Positions 37,515 through 50,895 of a DNA stretch of 64,000 nucleotides are shown piece by piece. The stretch comes from Camelus ferus (taxonomy: Eukaryota): assembly GCF_009834535.1 (NCBI RefSeq), contig NC_045707.1, forward strand, positions 63,428,001 to 63,492,000, read 5' to 3'. Numbering within the stretch: the first letter of the stretch is position 1; each line of letters opens with the position of its first letter. The position numbers and the translations under genes are program-made. The notes under the pieces were generated by a model. It was not told the DNA's origin. It saw nothing but the letters and a program-made list of their open reading frames with translations, and did no database searches.

Positions 37515-38985
37515 TAAGTTTCCTGCATATTTTGGATATTAACCTTTTACCGGATACGGTTTGCAAATATTTTCTCCCACTTTGTACGTTACCTTTTCAT
37601 TTTGTTGATAGTTTCCTGTGCTCTACAGAAGCTTTTTAGTTTCACATAATCCCAGTTGTCTATGTTTGCTTTTGTTGCCTGTGATTTTGAGGTCATATCC
37701 AAGAAACCATTGCCAAGATGAATGTTCAGGAGCTTTTCTAGGAGTCATACAGTTTCAAGTCTTACATTTAAATATTTAACTCATTTTGAGTTGACTTTCA
37801 TAGATGGGTTAAGCTAAGGCTCCAATTCCATTTTTCTGCATGTGGATATTCAGTTTTCTCAACACCATTTACATAAGAGACTATCCTTTCCCCATGGTGT
37901 ATTCTTGGCACCCTTGTCAAAAATCAGTTAACCTTATAAGTGAGTTTATCTGGAGGCTCTGTTATTCGGTTCCCTTGGTATATATGTCTGTTTTTTATGC
38001 CAATACCATACTATTTTGATTAGTGTAGCTTTGTAATATATTTTGAAATCAGAAAGTATGAAAATCCAATTTAAAAAAATGACTCAAGGAACTGAATAGA
38101 CATTTTCTCCAAAGAAGTCATACAAATAGCCAACAAGCATATGAAAAGGAGCTCGGTATCACAAATCATTAGTGAAAATATCAACCAAAACCACAATAAG
38201 ATATCACCTTACACTTGTTAGGGTAGCTATTATCAAAAACAGTATGGATGTTCCTCAGAAAAGCACAAATAGAACTAGCACAGAACCCAGCAACCCTACT
38301 TCAGGGTATGTATCCAAAGGAATTGAAGTCAGGATCTAAAGAGACATCTGCACTCCCATATTCACTGCAGTTTTATTTACCACAGTAAAGACATGGAAGC
38401 CACATAAATGACCACCAATGGAGGACAGAAAATGTGGCTTATACATTCAATGGAATAATATTCACCCTTGAAAAAGGAAATCCTGCCATTTGCAACAACA
38501 TAGATGAACATAGAGGACGTTAGACTAAGTGAAATAAGCCAGACACAGAAGAACAAATACTACATAATACCGCTTCTATGATGAATCTAAAATCATCAAA
38601 TTTACAGAAGAAAAGAGTGGAATGGTGGTTGCCAGGAGCTGAGGGGAGGGGAAAATGAAAGCATTTGTCGGAGTACGAAGTTTTGGTTATACAAGATAAA
38701 TAAATCCTAAAGATCTACTGTACAACATAGTGCCTATAGTTAGCAATTCTGGATTGTATACTTTAAATTTTCCTAAGAGCATAGATTACATGTGTTCTTA
38801 TCACAATAATAATAATAAGTAAGAGGGCAGGAGAAATTTTGGAGGTGATACACAGGTTTAGGGCATAGATTGTGGTGATGGCCTCACAGGCGTATGCTTA
38901 TCTCCAAACTCATCAAGTTACATACATTAATTATGGACAGATTTTTGCATGTCAAAAAATGATAATAAAATATCACGAAAGTTAA
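37515..38985 (+). mobile_element. 5'-inverted L1 (antisense ~37515-38060; sense ~38060-38985)
   Basis: Antisense GGTTTGCAAATATTTTCTCCC...TGTAGCTTTGTAATATATTTTGAAATCAG, then sense GAACTGAATAGACATTT...3' UTR; AGACAT flanks both ends. Confidence 0.88.
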
Positions 38986-39081
38986 AAAAGAGAGACATGA
39001 CAGCTAATTGCGGTCGAATATGGATTAGATACTAATAGTCTATTGTTTTTAAATTTCCTGGTTTTGATCGCTTTACTCTGC

Positions 39082-39520
39082 TGTGCCACAAACCACCCTA
39101 AAACTTAATAGCTTAAAACTACATTTATTTCCTTCTTATGGTCCTGTGGGTTGGCTGGGCTAATTCCTGTGGTCTGAGCTGGTTCCACAATCTGCATGGT
39201 CTAGGTAGTCCTAGTCACATTAATGGCACTTGGTTTGATGTCAGCCAAAGTGACAGCTGCATGTCCCTCACCCTCTAGTGGCCTGGCCCCGGCAGAAACG
39301 TTCCCAGCATCAGGACAGGGCAAGCCCCACAACACAAGCACTTTTCAAGTCTCTGCTTGCATCCGTGTTCAATATCCTGTGTCCAAGGCAAGTCACATGG
39401 CTAAGTCCAGATTTAAGGAGTGAAGAAATAGACTCCCTCTCTGGATGGGAGGAGCATCAGAGTCAAACTACAAAAGGAGGTGTATATAGTTACAGGAGGA
39501 ATATTTGACCATCTGCAATG
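39082..39520 (-). mobile_element. MaLR LTR (MLT1H/I-like)
   Basis: CAAACCACCCTAAAACTTAATAGCTTAAAAC...CAAGGCAAGTCACATGGCTAAGTCCAGA...AAATAGACTCCCTCTCTGGATGGGAGG. Confidence 0.75.
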
Positions 39521-40627
39521 CACCCTATTATAATTAAGAACGTCCTTGTTCTTCGAAAGTACACACTGAAGTATGAAGGATGAAGGTGTATAAAGCCTGC
39601 AACTTACAGCTAGTTCACAGAAAAGAATTATCAGTGTACATGAGCACAGAGGGAGAAGTAAATGCAGCAAAAAGGTAACAATTGTCGAATCTGCACGATC
39701 GGTATAAAGGACATATGGGAGTTTTTGTTCTATTCTTGCAAGTCTTTAAGTTTACAGTTATTTTATAATAAAAAGTTACCTTAATCTCATTGAAGTATTG
39801 GATCACCTCAGTTTGACCCCAGGGTTATAGTAAAATGACAGCACGTACAGGAACATCATGGGTGGGATAAGAGGCAGGTCCTTAAAGGAAAGTGCTGGAG
39901 AGACTACAGCAAGAGTGCCCTGTGTTCTGGCTTCTGCGTACTTTCCTGTTTAGTTAAACGCATCTTTGCATTTTTCTCCTCACATGAATTCTGCATCGCA
40001 GGAAGTAGTACCATTTTTCTTTGATGTCAGTTGAAACGTTTAGTTCAGCACCTGAATGATAAGCCTTTCTACCCACCATCAGGTCACACCAACCTCTTAC
40101 AGCTTTATTTCAGTCTCAGGTCTATGTGGCTACAAAGTCATACCATTTCCAACTTCCCTTCTGTGGCCCAACTGTAGCACCAGAATGACGATGACAAACG
40201 GCCCTGGGATCCCTGGACGTGTATTTCTAATTATTAATACCTGACAATATTATTTAATTATTTAATTACGCATTATGGAGACAATAAAAGAAGCAGTTAA
40301 AATAACATAGCTCACGAGTCAGGAGCCTAAACGCAAATTTGAAATGACGATTTTAAATGCCACACAATAACACAAGCTAATACTCTGATACAACCTGAGT
40401 GTGTTGCAGAAGGTGACAGCTAATCTCATTCCGCTCGGCCAAGTAGCCTGCTCTGGGGAATTTGCTGTTCCACATAAAAGAGACCTGCAGACAAATATGT
40501 TTGAAAAAAATGTTGGATAAAACCAACATTAAACAGGTTCTGGTAATAAGTTAATTTACACTGTGTGTACCTTAAAGCAGCTCCAGCTTCTGCAACACCC
40601 AAGAAGTCTACTTGACAATGGAGCCCT

Positions 40628-41210
40628 TTTATTTTAAATTGAAATGCAGTTGATTTACAATCTTGTGTTAGTTTCTGGTGTACAGCACAGTGGTGATTCA
40701 GTTACATATTCCTTTCACATTCTTTTCCATTATGGTTTATTACAAGATATTAAATATAGTACCCCATGCTATACAGTAGGACCTTGTTGTTTATCTATTT
40801 TATACACAGTAGTTTGTATCTGCTAATCCCAAACTCCTAATTTATCCCTCCCCCACCCCCTTTCCCCTTTGGTAACCATAAGTTTGTTTTCTAAATCTAT
40901 GAGTCTGTTTCTGTTTTGTAAATAAGTTCATTTGTATCGCATTTTAGATTCCACAAATAAGTGACATCACATGGTATCTGTCTTCCTCTTTCTGACACTC
41001 CACTTAGTATGATAATCTCTAATTCCATTCACGTTGCTGCAAATGGCGTGATTTCATTCTTTTTATTCCACTGTATATACATGCCACAACTTTTTATCCA
41101 GTCATCTGTCATTGGCCATTTAGGTTGTTTCCACGTCTTGGCTATTGTACATAGTGCTGCTATGAACATCAGGGTGCATGTGCCTTTTTGAATTAGAGTT
41201 TCTCTGGATG
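40628..41210 (-). mobile_element. L1 3' UTR (5'-truncated)
   Basis: T-rich tail then TTGATTTACAATCTTGTGTTAGTTTCTGGTGTACAGCA...GCTATACAGTAGGACCTTGTTG...CTATGAACATCAGGGTGCATG. Confidence 0.92.
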
Positions 41211-41449
41211 AAACTCATGTGTGTGTGTGTGTGACGTTTCTTGTGGGACTGGTATTGTTGGGATACTGATGAGAACTTCGGCTGCGAGCGGCCATGGTAT
41301 GATGTCGAGTTTGGTTCTACTTCTGTCTTTTCATCATCTGGACTTGTAACCTCCTCTGACCTGCTCCCACCTCCCTCTATGTCCCCCTCTCGTGGATCTT
41401 GGTCATACCCTTGAATCTACTGGAATACAAAAGTGCGTAACTCTATGGT

Positions 41450-41690
41450 GCAGGTCAGTGTAATCCTGTGCGCTGGCGTCAGGCAGACCAGAAGCCTGAT
41501 TCCACCAGTTCCCAACTGTGTGACCTTACGTGGGTGGGTTACCTGATTTAAACCTCACTTCCTCCATATTTAAGATGAGAAAATTAAAATACATACCTGA
41601 TGGGGTTGCTGGAAACTTTAACGAGATGACACTTGTAAAAGGCTCAGCATTGTGTAACAAGCGTGTTCAACAGATGTTCACCCTCATGAA
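41450..41690 (+). mobile_element. MIR SINE
   Basis: ACTGTGTGACCTT...TTTAAACCTCACTTCCTCCATATTTAAGATG...TTGTAAAAGGCTCAGCA. Confidence 0.55.
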
Positions 41691-43125
41691 GTGTTGTCAG
41701 TCTCTATGTCTGCAATCATGCAAAGGTCATGACATTACCTGTACTTCATTGGACCAGGTATTTCTATCCTCTTTGCTACCACATCGATGAATGAAATGCC
41801 AAGACGCTGACAAGGAGGCTCTCTGTGTGTAACACAGATATCCCCTCTTCTCTGGTGCCTTTTTTAGAAAAGATCGATGAGCCCCGGCTTCCTCCAATGG
41901 TAGAGATACTGTGTGTCCTTCCCTTTCGCTACCAAAGGTCCAGAGCCCTCTTGTGGCTTAAGAGTGTTAATGGGCGTGGCGGGGAGCATCCTCGCGTGGC
42001 TGTGACTACAGATTCACACAGGATATCATTCCTACTCATTTCATGACTCTGAATATGGGCAGCCCATGGTCTCACATATTCAACAACGAGGAAATTGGTA
42101 AACAAGTCGTCAGACATGCGCAGGGTGAAGTGTGACTCACCCAGGACTCAGACGCAGAGCCATCAGTAGGCGAGATCTTGGAAGGCACAATCCGTATAAT
42201 GCTTAGTCACTCTGGACACCCTCCTGTGGTGAGCTGTCCCAAGGCAGTGGGTTCGTGTTGGTTCTCTGGAGCTGCTCAGCTCTGGGGCATGAGAGAGGTC
42301 CCTTTCTTTGGTCTTCCTCTCAGACCGTTCACTTGGCAACTCCTGAGCAGCAAAACGAGGGTGAGAGCACTTCCAGATGGGGGCCTGGGCGTCTGCACCG
42401 TCACAGCAGATTCCACTCTTCCCTGGTTTTGTCTCACCTACATTCCCTAACATGAGATTCTGTTGGGTGCCTGCCAGCCCACATGGAGACTTTCTGAAAG
42501 TTAGGGAGAGGCCCTTTCTTCATGATACTGTCCTGTCATCTAGCAGAAAACTATCCAAGTAGCGTTTTAAATCTAAGCTACATTAGAACAGCCCTTGCGT
42601 CCGCACAAAGCAGACCGGCTCATTTGTGAGCAGACGCCCTGGGTCTTGTCTCCTCTTCTTTAAACTCTTAGATCCACAGAATGAATCCCATTCTTTTTCA
42701 CCTTGGACATTTGGATAAGGCCTTTCTTCTCCCCAAAGATGCCTTCCCTAAATCCCTAAACTTCCCTTTGAGGGGAACCTACCTTTGATGGTTTAGAGGC
42801 AAAAAGCGGGGCTGGGGCAAAGCAAACACAAGTTAACTTGTATCAAGTAACTCTGATAATATGCACTCTGAACGATGCCTGTAAACCCTGCTAGAACAGG
42901 CGGCCATTGTGGGGAGGGAAGAGGTTCTCTTGACCTCCCCAGCTTCAGGGCGAGATGATAACCTCTTGGTTGAGTTTCTCTGGAGGATTCTTTCCCATTA
43001 CTCAGAAGCTCTTAGGATGGAGTTAGCTTCCCGAGCATCTTATAGCATCCTGTCTCCCATTATCAAAAATTACTCTCCTGCTTTCTCTGAGTTTTGCTAT
43101 TTAGCTATTTATCATTAGCTATTTA

Positions 43126-43253
43126 AAATGTGACAATGAATATATGTATATTCATGCATAACTGAAAAACTGTGCTCTACACTGGAATTTGACACAACAT
43201 TGTAAAATGACTATAACTCAATAAAAAATGTTAAAAATAAAATAAAATAAAAA
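43126..43253 (+). mobile_element. Young, very short L1 3'-end insertion
   Basis: Nearly identical to 52403-52515; TSD TATCATTAGCTATTTA (43110-43125) and TATTATTAGCTATTTA (43254-43269). Confidence 0.9.
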
Positions 43254-43373
43254 TATTATTAGCTATTTATGAAAGAGAAAGAAATTACAGAGGCAAGCAC
43301 ACACATATGATGGAAATTTACGTTTTACAGTGTTGACATGGAAGATAAAACAGCTACCACATACAAACAGGAT

Positions 43374-43554
43374 CGGTGATTCTCAAAGTGGTCTCTAAAC
43401 TAGCAGCACCAGGATCCCCTGAAAACTTGTTACAAGTGCAAATTCCTGGGCTCCGCCCCAGACCTGTTGTATCAGAAACTCTGGGCATGAGGCTAAACGA
43501 TCTACGTTTGAACAAACACTCCAGGTGATGTTTGCTCAGGTTTGAGAACCACTG
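43374..43554. mobile_element. MER5A hAT MITE
   Basis: CGGTGATTCTCAAAGTG...TGCAAATTCCTGGGCTCCGCCCCAGACCT...ATCAGAAACTCTGGG...TTTGAGAACCACTG. Confidence 0.88.
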
Positions 43555-44136
43555 TTCTAGACACCAGACCAATGAAGGCCGTACCAAAGATCGTTCCTCA
43601 CTCCCCCAACAAGTGGGATTGAGCAACAGGCAGCTGTTCCTACATCACTCAACCACGGGGGTTGATTTCGTCTTTTTCAGGCTCTCTCTCACCTCCCTAT
43701 ATGTGCCCTGGCTTGGCTCTTGAGGACTCAAGACTTACTTTCCAATTTTCATACAAGGTTGAGAACTTTGTCCTGAAAGTCAGTTCACAGGACCACACAT
43801 CCATTTCCTACTGCTCCCGTCACTGACGCTGGACTCTGATTCTCAGATTCTTGTTACTAACTTCAGGATTCATGACTTTAAGAACTCTAGCGCTAGACAA
43901 GTCTCAGGATTGTGACCTGCTCTGGGATATAATGTCTTAAACGCCTTATGCCAGTTTGCATTGCAGCCGTACTCAGACTAAAGGTTCTGCTTGACTAGCT
44001 CCACCCCCAGCCCACACCTTTCCCCATTTAGTGCTGTTTCTGTCCATTTCCCCAACAGAAGTAGCCAGGTGGCCACATACACTGCTTTTTTAATGTCCTA
44101 AAATCCAGCCCCCATGACCAAATGATTCCACTAAAC

Positions 44137-44661
44137 CAGTGGTTCTGAACCATCACTGCTCTAGAATGCAATGTGTCCCCGCAAAGTGTATGGGTTGGAG
44201 CTCTAACACCCACTGCAACTGGATTTGGAGACAGACCTTTGAGGAAGTAATTAAGGTTAAGCAAAGTCACAGGGGTGAGGCCCTAATCCCATTGAACTGG
44301 GAGATGCCAGAAACTTTCTCTCCTCAAGTGCACAGAAGAAGGTGGAGGGAAGATGCAGTGAGAGAGTGGCCATCTGCAGCCCAGAACAAGAGGCCTCACT
44401 GGAAACCAACCCTGCCGGCGCCTGGCTCTCGGACTTTTGGCTTCCAGAATTATGAGAAAATAAATTCCTGCTGCATAAGCCACTTGTTCTGAGGTATTTT
44501 GTAATAGCAGCCAGAGCAGACTAATCCAGTCACCTGGGGTAGGTTTTTAAAAACGCACACCCCTAAAAGAATGATTCGGTGTCTCAGGTAAGGTCCTTGC
44601 GTTAACACTTTCTAGAATCCTCCCAGATTAAGCTGTGTGCAGCCAAGGTTGAGAACCACTG
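44137..44661. mobile_element. MER5-family MITE split by an MLT1 LTR
   Basis: Terminal inverted repeats CAGTGGTTCT (44137) and AGAACCACTG (ending 44661) enclose the LTR at 44157-44528. Confidence 0.75.
44157..44528 (+). mobile_element. MaLR solo LTR (MLT1B-like)
   Basis: TG...CA ends; TTTGGAGACAGACCTTTGAGGAAGTAATTAAGGTTAA; GCTTCCAGAATTATGAGAAAATAAATT; TSD ATCAC/GTCAC. Confidence 0.88.
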
Positions 44662-45189
44662 GGACTGTCCCTGGTCTATAAAAGTGAACCCTTAGCCCTT
44701 TTTTCTTTTTTCTAAGTCTGCCCCAGTGACATAATTTGAGATGCTATCTTTAGATTTAGACATATCTGTTCTCCTATTGAAGGAATCCCCAACTGGATAA
44801 GGAAGACCTGATTATAGTTTGCCAGCTTGGACAACAGAATGGAAACTGAGCTTGAAATTGAGATAACTTTAGGATAAATCAGTTCCAGATTTTGAATATA
44901 ACGTATTATTAAAGATCTATGTTTTCTGTTGGAAATAGCTTGAAAAGAAAGAAAAAACAAAATGACTCAAGAAACCTTTTAACAATCCTGTAAACAGGAC
45001 AGTATCCTAACCTGAGTGCAGAATGCTTGAGAAACATGGTCTAAATTTGAACTAAATTAAAAGACGATGCCAGAAATCTACATAATTCACCTTCTCAAGA
45101 GCATAGCACGGCACGGTTGAAGGAAAGCGGAAATTTTTCTGGGGAGAAAAAAAAAAAGAACTCACTAATATCTCCAAACTGGAAGGAAG

Positions 45190-48100
45190 TATATTCTACA
45201 GGGTTCAACTGCAGAAAATAAAATCCACTTGATTTTACTTGAAGCGGAACAGGATTTGATGAAGGAAATTAAGTGCTTACAAAATTGTTGGACGATCAGG
45301 AGGAAAGGCTTGAATCTGCTCGGCTCTGCTGTGATCGGGAAAGCTGCTTCTGCGGGAAACTGCTGAATCAGGCGGCCACATCCTGAGTTAAGAAGCTTTA
45401 ACAGATGACCCCAGACCCCTGCGACCTCTGTCGTCCTCGAGCCTAGAAGCATTTTGTCTATAAGCAAAACTGATGCCCAGCATCCTGCCTCTCTACCCGG
45501 GTGACTCAATTACTAATCAACGTATCATAAAAATGCTTTTGATTGATGTAGTCTAAATCATGTCCAGAACCCTACCTGCAGGGGAGGCTGGGAAATGTGG
45601 TTTTTCAGTTTTTCAGCCTTTGATTCTAGAAGCAGGTAGGAATATTTGTTTGTAAAGCTACTTTCTAGGTACTTAGCATCCATATACAACCTACTTTCCA
45701 TACTTGTATTTCCAGACAACAAAATAACCCCCACAACATGTCTAGCTGTTACAGTTTTCTAGCTGTAGACTAGTCCTCATGAGGTGGCACTCAAGAGGCA
45801 TAACTAGTGTCCCAGGCACACGCATCTTTCCATTTCCCCCTTGATAATTAGGATTAATTATGGCAGCTAAAACAAGATTAGCCTCCTTTTCCTAAAATGG
45901 CCAGTTGATAGCATCCTCTTCCAATTAAATTCTTGTTCCCTGCTGGCGGATGCAACCCTCTCTTAGATTCTAAGAGCTCTAACCTAGCAGAGCCCACAAT
46001 TTCAGCAAAAAGAAGCAAAATTTTATAAGTACGCCATTTGGTATTACATTGTGTAATAGCAAGAGACACTATTCCCCAGTCTCTTTGTCTTCAGACCCTA
46101 CGTATTCCAGCAATGGGAGAAATGTGTTGGTCGGTGGTTCAGAGTAAATACTACATCTCTAGGCAGCATTCCAAGGCACAGCCAGGTATTATTTCTTAGA
46201 TGCTTCCATAACTGAGTCTTCAGTGGTCCATTCCACCATTTTCATAAGGGCAACTGTTTCTCCAGTTAGTTTCCTAAGTATGTACCTGACGCCTTATTTT
46301 ATTCGCTATAAAAATTACTTATTTAATCAGAAAAAGCATTGTGCACAATACTATGAATAAGCGATTTAGTAAGTCCTCAGATGTTTGCTGGCAGAAACAC
46401 AGTGAGCAGAGAAAGCAAATCCAGATCCAGATTGAGTAACCTGTTTCCAGTGAGGAAACCCAATCATCTCTCCCTGATGGAGGCGGCTTAATACATTCTC
46501 ATGACCACTAAGCAAGCCCCCTGGCAGCCTTGATAGTTTGCATACGTAGGTGATACGGAGCCATATCAGGTGTGCTGGAAGAAAATTCATGTCACTGAGC
46601 TGGTGTAGAGCCTCACCGTGTGCCACCAAAGCCACCTTGCTCTTTAACCCCGTGAGCAAACATTGGAGTGGCTGGAGAAAGATTTTTCTCTTTCATCTAC
46701 TGAGGGACCATCATGTCCACTAGACTTTGAGAACCTCCTCTCTGAAGTGGGATCCTTGGGAGAGCAGTCATAAAGAACACATGCCGTGGCCTCTGGGGCC
46801 ATCTGAAAGGTCCATCTACTTACTTCTTCCTCCAACTTTCTTGTTCAGAATCCTCCAGTCTTCGGTTTCACAACCCATTAGCCATTAGCTGCTACTCACA
46901 AACCAAAATGTACACATGCGCTCAGCCATCTTTCCTTCTAGACAAGGTACACCACTAGACCATTTCACTACGAAGTCTGACCACTGGGAGGATCTCCCTC
47001 CTCCCTTGTCTTTCTATAACACCCTTGTGCCAAGCCATCGTGTTTCAGCAGTCAGCCCACTTCCAGATCACACCACGTATCTTGAGGAACCACCTATACA
47101 CAGACTCGAATGTTTCTTCCTTTCTCAGGTTATATGGAACTTCTCACTGAGGTACTAGGAGGGAAGAATGGAGCATAAAGTCTCCCACATGCCTTACATC
47201 ATATACTATACTTCCAGGTGCTGACGGAGTCCTGCTGGACATGCCCCAGTTCATGACTTAGCAAATCAGACACCACTCAGTTCATGAAAAGCAGCTCTGT
47301 CTGTGTGTATATCTGAGTTCTGCAGTTACATATCCAGTCTCTGCTACATCCTCATAGCACACCAAGAGCTGTTTCTCAAAAGGAGAAGAATTACTTGCCA
47401 AAGAGCAGGGCATGTGTGATTTCTGCTAGTTTTTAGTATAACATTTAGATGTGTATATATTTATATATATATATTTAAACAAATTCTACATTCAGTAATT
47501 GGAAAAATAACCATAGTATATATACATGGACCTACCAAAAATATTCTGCAATGGAAATTGGCGAAAGCTCCATTTTTTACTAGAATCCGTAAGTCCCCAC
47601 TCTGATCAGTAAACCATAGTGATGACTGGATCCCTGTGGATCAGTGTTATCTCAGAACCAGTATCAATAATCACTGAAAGGTCTGGCAGCATTCTTGACC
47701 CCACACATTATTACTTTGTTATCAGCCATGGGAGGAAGAGTCACAGTGTGTACTTGTGATGTTTGGGTTGTCTTTTTTTTTTCAAGGATATCGGTCATCA
47801 TTTGAAAATTTGGATTTAATGGTAGCCCAGGATGAATAAAGTAAAGATGCCAGAAAGTTCTTGTTGTAATGAAGAAGGAGGAATCCAAAGTTACAGGGAG
47901 GGGGAACAGTGATGCCTTATCCCTTAAGAGGCTCTGGATCTATGTACTGACTTAGGTCCAGGAACTGAGAAGGAGGCCACGATCATCACGATGTCTCAGG
48001 TCAGGCCTCTGCTCCCAGACCTTGAGTTTTTAATGAGCTGCCCATCCACTTCATTCCTTGGGCCCCAAGATCAGTAAGTCACCACTAAAACTTTCTGCCA

Positions 48101-49800
48101 TCAAACACTTCTGCCTACTGAGATCACTACGCTCAGCCTTTCTGGTGTGGTCAGCACCCCACGTGGCCTCTGCTACATAAAATTCCATCAGTCCCACGGA
48201 AGCTGGGATTCTGCTGGAATGGTGGCATGCTCTCTCTTCACTGTCCACCTGCAGAGAACAGCCATGGCTGTCCCTCATCAAAGTGTCTATCAACGGTCTA
48301 AGTGACCTTGAGAGACATAGTCACAGGGCTGTTGAGTTGATCACACGTGTTAAATCCATTCCAGCATTCCTAACTCCCTAAGACTTGAATTTTCCTCTTT
48401 TCCATGATACTAAAGAATTTCTGGCATCTCAGTGTTATTTCGCCTATGCCACCATTAAGCCTAGAACTCAGTCAGCCATCAGACCACACAGATTACACGC
48501 TGAACCCCAAATCTCTAGTAAAAGTGTCCATACTAATAAATTCACCCCATCAAAGCATTGGTCTAGTATCTTCAAAATCCATTTCTCATTCATAATCCCC
48601 AGCTTTTGGCTGTTACACATATATTAGCAAAATCATTTAACTCCTTTTGTTTATAAGCCTTTTCCTCTAAGACACGATGTTGCAACAGTTTCACACGACA
48701 TGCCGGGATATGATCTGGCTGTAAGTGTGGAAGCAGTAAGGGTAGTGAGGATTCTATCAGAGGAGACTGACTTTTTTTTTGCAAGAGACCTGCCTTAGAA
48801 AAGGCTGTTACAGGGTCTTCAAGTAAAGCAAGGTCAATACCATCAGGCATTGGAGGAGCCGCTTCTGCTGGCAAAGGAAACTTGGTGAAGTTTGGGTTAC
48901 AGATTATGCAGATTTATCCAAGTTCTCCTAAATAATATCATTTCAATGATGGGGTCTAACTTTTTCTGAGTCAATGTTTTCAAGTTTGTGAAAAATAAAT
49001 GGAAAAACTGTAAATTCCACCTACCTTATAATTCAACAACCGGCAGCATCAGACTTTCCATCTGATTTCCATCTAAATTAGTCTTGCGGCTACAAAAGAT
49101 GAGAGATCCTTTAAGGATAGTTGCAAAACATTCCTTGATTCTCAGATGGTTTCTAGAGCTGAGAATTTAAAATATTGAGCCTAGCTTTTTCTTTCTTATA
49201 GCTCACCAGCACAATTTAGAAAAAAACAACCCACTCCCAGTCCTTTCCTTCTTCATGTCCCCCATGGTGGTCTCTCACAGCTGATGACCAGAGGTGATAA
49301 CTTAAGTAACTGCTCCTTCTGGGTTGCAACTGCCTTTAGACAAAATCAAGTCCATTTCTTTGATGTTTTATTGTCCATAACCACTTCTGGTACCAGTTAC
49401 ATTATCACTCAGCTCTCAGTTGTACATGACAGAATCCACTTGCACTGGTTTAAGCAGAAAGCTTTTATATAGGGAATTACCACAGGGCACATGGACACCC
49501 TGGGAACTCTGTGGCACCACCTCGTGTTATAAAAGCAGCTGATAGGGCAACCATCTGCCACGTTAGGGGGTCACCGTTTCACATGCTGGTTCCAGAATCG
49601 TGTCACCTCTCCCACAACCCGTGCCCCCACACTCTGCCTCTCTTGCCTGTGTTCACTTTTTTAATCAAAGTCTCATGCAACAGCATCTGACTGATGAAAC
49701 CATAAATTACATCTAAAACTCTGCCTTGCGGAGATCTGGGAACGTAGTGTTAGCACGCCAGGAAGGGCTTAGGGTGGATGCTGAGTTAGCCATTATCGCT
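45190..49800 (-). mobile_element. Ancient ERV-L-type provirus with internal deletions: 5' LTR ~49398-49800, PBS, gag, pro, partial pol, integrase, dUTPase, 3' LTR ~45190-45688
   Basis: Minus-strand remnants: gag-like EEKAYKQKELNDFAN (ORF 48590-48874); protease IDTGSEITLI (~47639-47668); integrase SGSGFAFSA (~46405-46432) and WNGPLKTQL (~46210-46236); dUTPase-like VLAAIINPNYQG (~45838-45873). Flanks share LTR motifs (AATCCACTTG...AAGC; AG(G/A)(C/T)CTGGGAA-like). Confidence 0.85.
49381..49395 (-). promoter_or_regulatory. Primer-binding site complementary to the tRNA-Leu 3' end
   Basis: Plus strand CCACTTCTGGTACCA matches the recalled 3' end plus CCA of tRNA-Leu(TAA); it lies just inside the 5' LTR. 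Confidence 0.8.
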
Positions 49801-50014
49801 TGTAGTTTCCCTTTTCATTGCATATCAGAAAAACTTCAATATCACAATGGTAGGACTTGAAAAGTCACCACATTATGGCTTATTTTTTCTCTGCCCCATG
49901 AATGGTGGGAAGACAGGTAAAATTTACAAAGAGCCATAGTTAGAACCAATGATCCACATCCACAAACCATACTATAAGGCAAACTATATTGACAGGTCTG
50001 CAGAAATTCACAGG

Positions 50015-50200
50015 GCTTTTTCAACAGCTTTACTGAGATGTAATTAATATACAGCATACTACACAGAGTATACAATGTGATGAGTTTTGATACGTGTATA
50101 TACTCATGGAAACATCAACACATCAGGATAATGAACCATCCATCATTATCCATCAGCCTCAAAGTTTTCGCAGGTCCCTATATAATCCACCCCTATGCAG
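50015..50200 (-). mobile_element. Old L1 3' end
   Basis: TTTTTCAACAGCTTTACTGAGATGTAATT...TACAATGTGATGAGTTTTGATAC. Confidence 0.7.
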
Positions 50201-50895
50201 GGCCTTTTAATTTCACATTGCATCAACTAGCCAATTTATTCTTAAATAGAGGAACAAATCAACTCCCCCCCCCCAATAAAGCAAGATATTGTCTTAAATC
50301 CAAAAAAAGCTAAACTTTCAGTACAAAAATTCAAATGCATTCATAGATAATCCAGAAAAAAAGAGCCCAGCACATTGGAGCACAGCCCTAGTTCTCACTT
50401 TACTCATCACAAAAATCAATATCACTAGACAGATAAGGTGAACCATTGGCTCTTAAATGTGTATAACAGAATACCAGTGCATAGCTAGTACCACAATGTC
50501 TTTCCACATTTGGATCAGTGTGAAAAAAAATTTTATTTCCTACCAAGGAGAACACATACTATGGATAACAGTGTCTATCAGCCGCTGAGACGAGCAGGTT
50601 ATACAGCACAATTTGCAGCCAACAAGACATAAAAGGTCTGATAAATGAGAGATGAGAGAGCAAAAAAGATTTTGTATTTACTAAAACAAACCAAAAAATG
50701 TCTGATGTTAGGTATATGAGAAAGAATGCCAGGGTACTAAACAGTTCTATTCCAAAAGCAATATAATATTAAACACTACCAAGGGAACAGTGTAATGCAT
50801 CTCAAATATATTGTCCCCAAATTGTAGTATTTAGAAATGTGACATAAACATACATAGAGTGGGAACAACTGGGAGGAAAAAAGACACATCTGAAT

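Larger units (their letters stand above)
37140..39780 (+). mobile_element. Old L1MC-type 3' UTR in three pieces (~37140-37505, ~38990-39080, ~39530-39780) split by younger insertions
   Basis: GCAGAGAAACTTGGTGGACACCATCTTAA...ATCAAAGTTAAC; TTTAAATTTCCTGGTTTTGAT; TACACACTGAAGTAT...GGAGTTTTTGTTCTATTCTTGCAAG. Confidence 0.7.
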
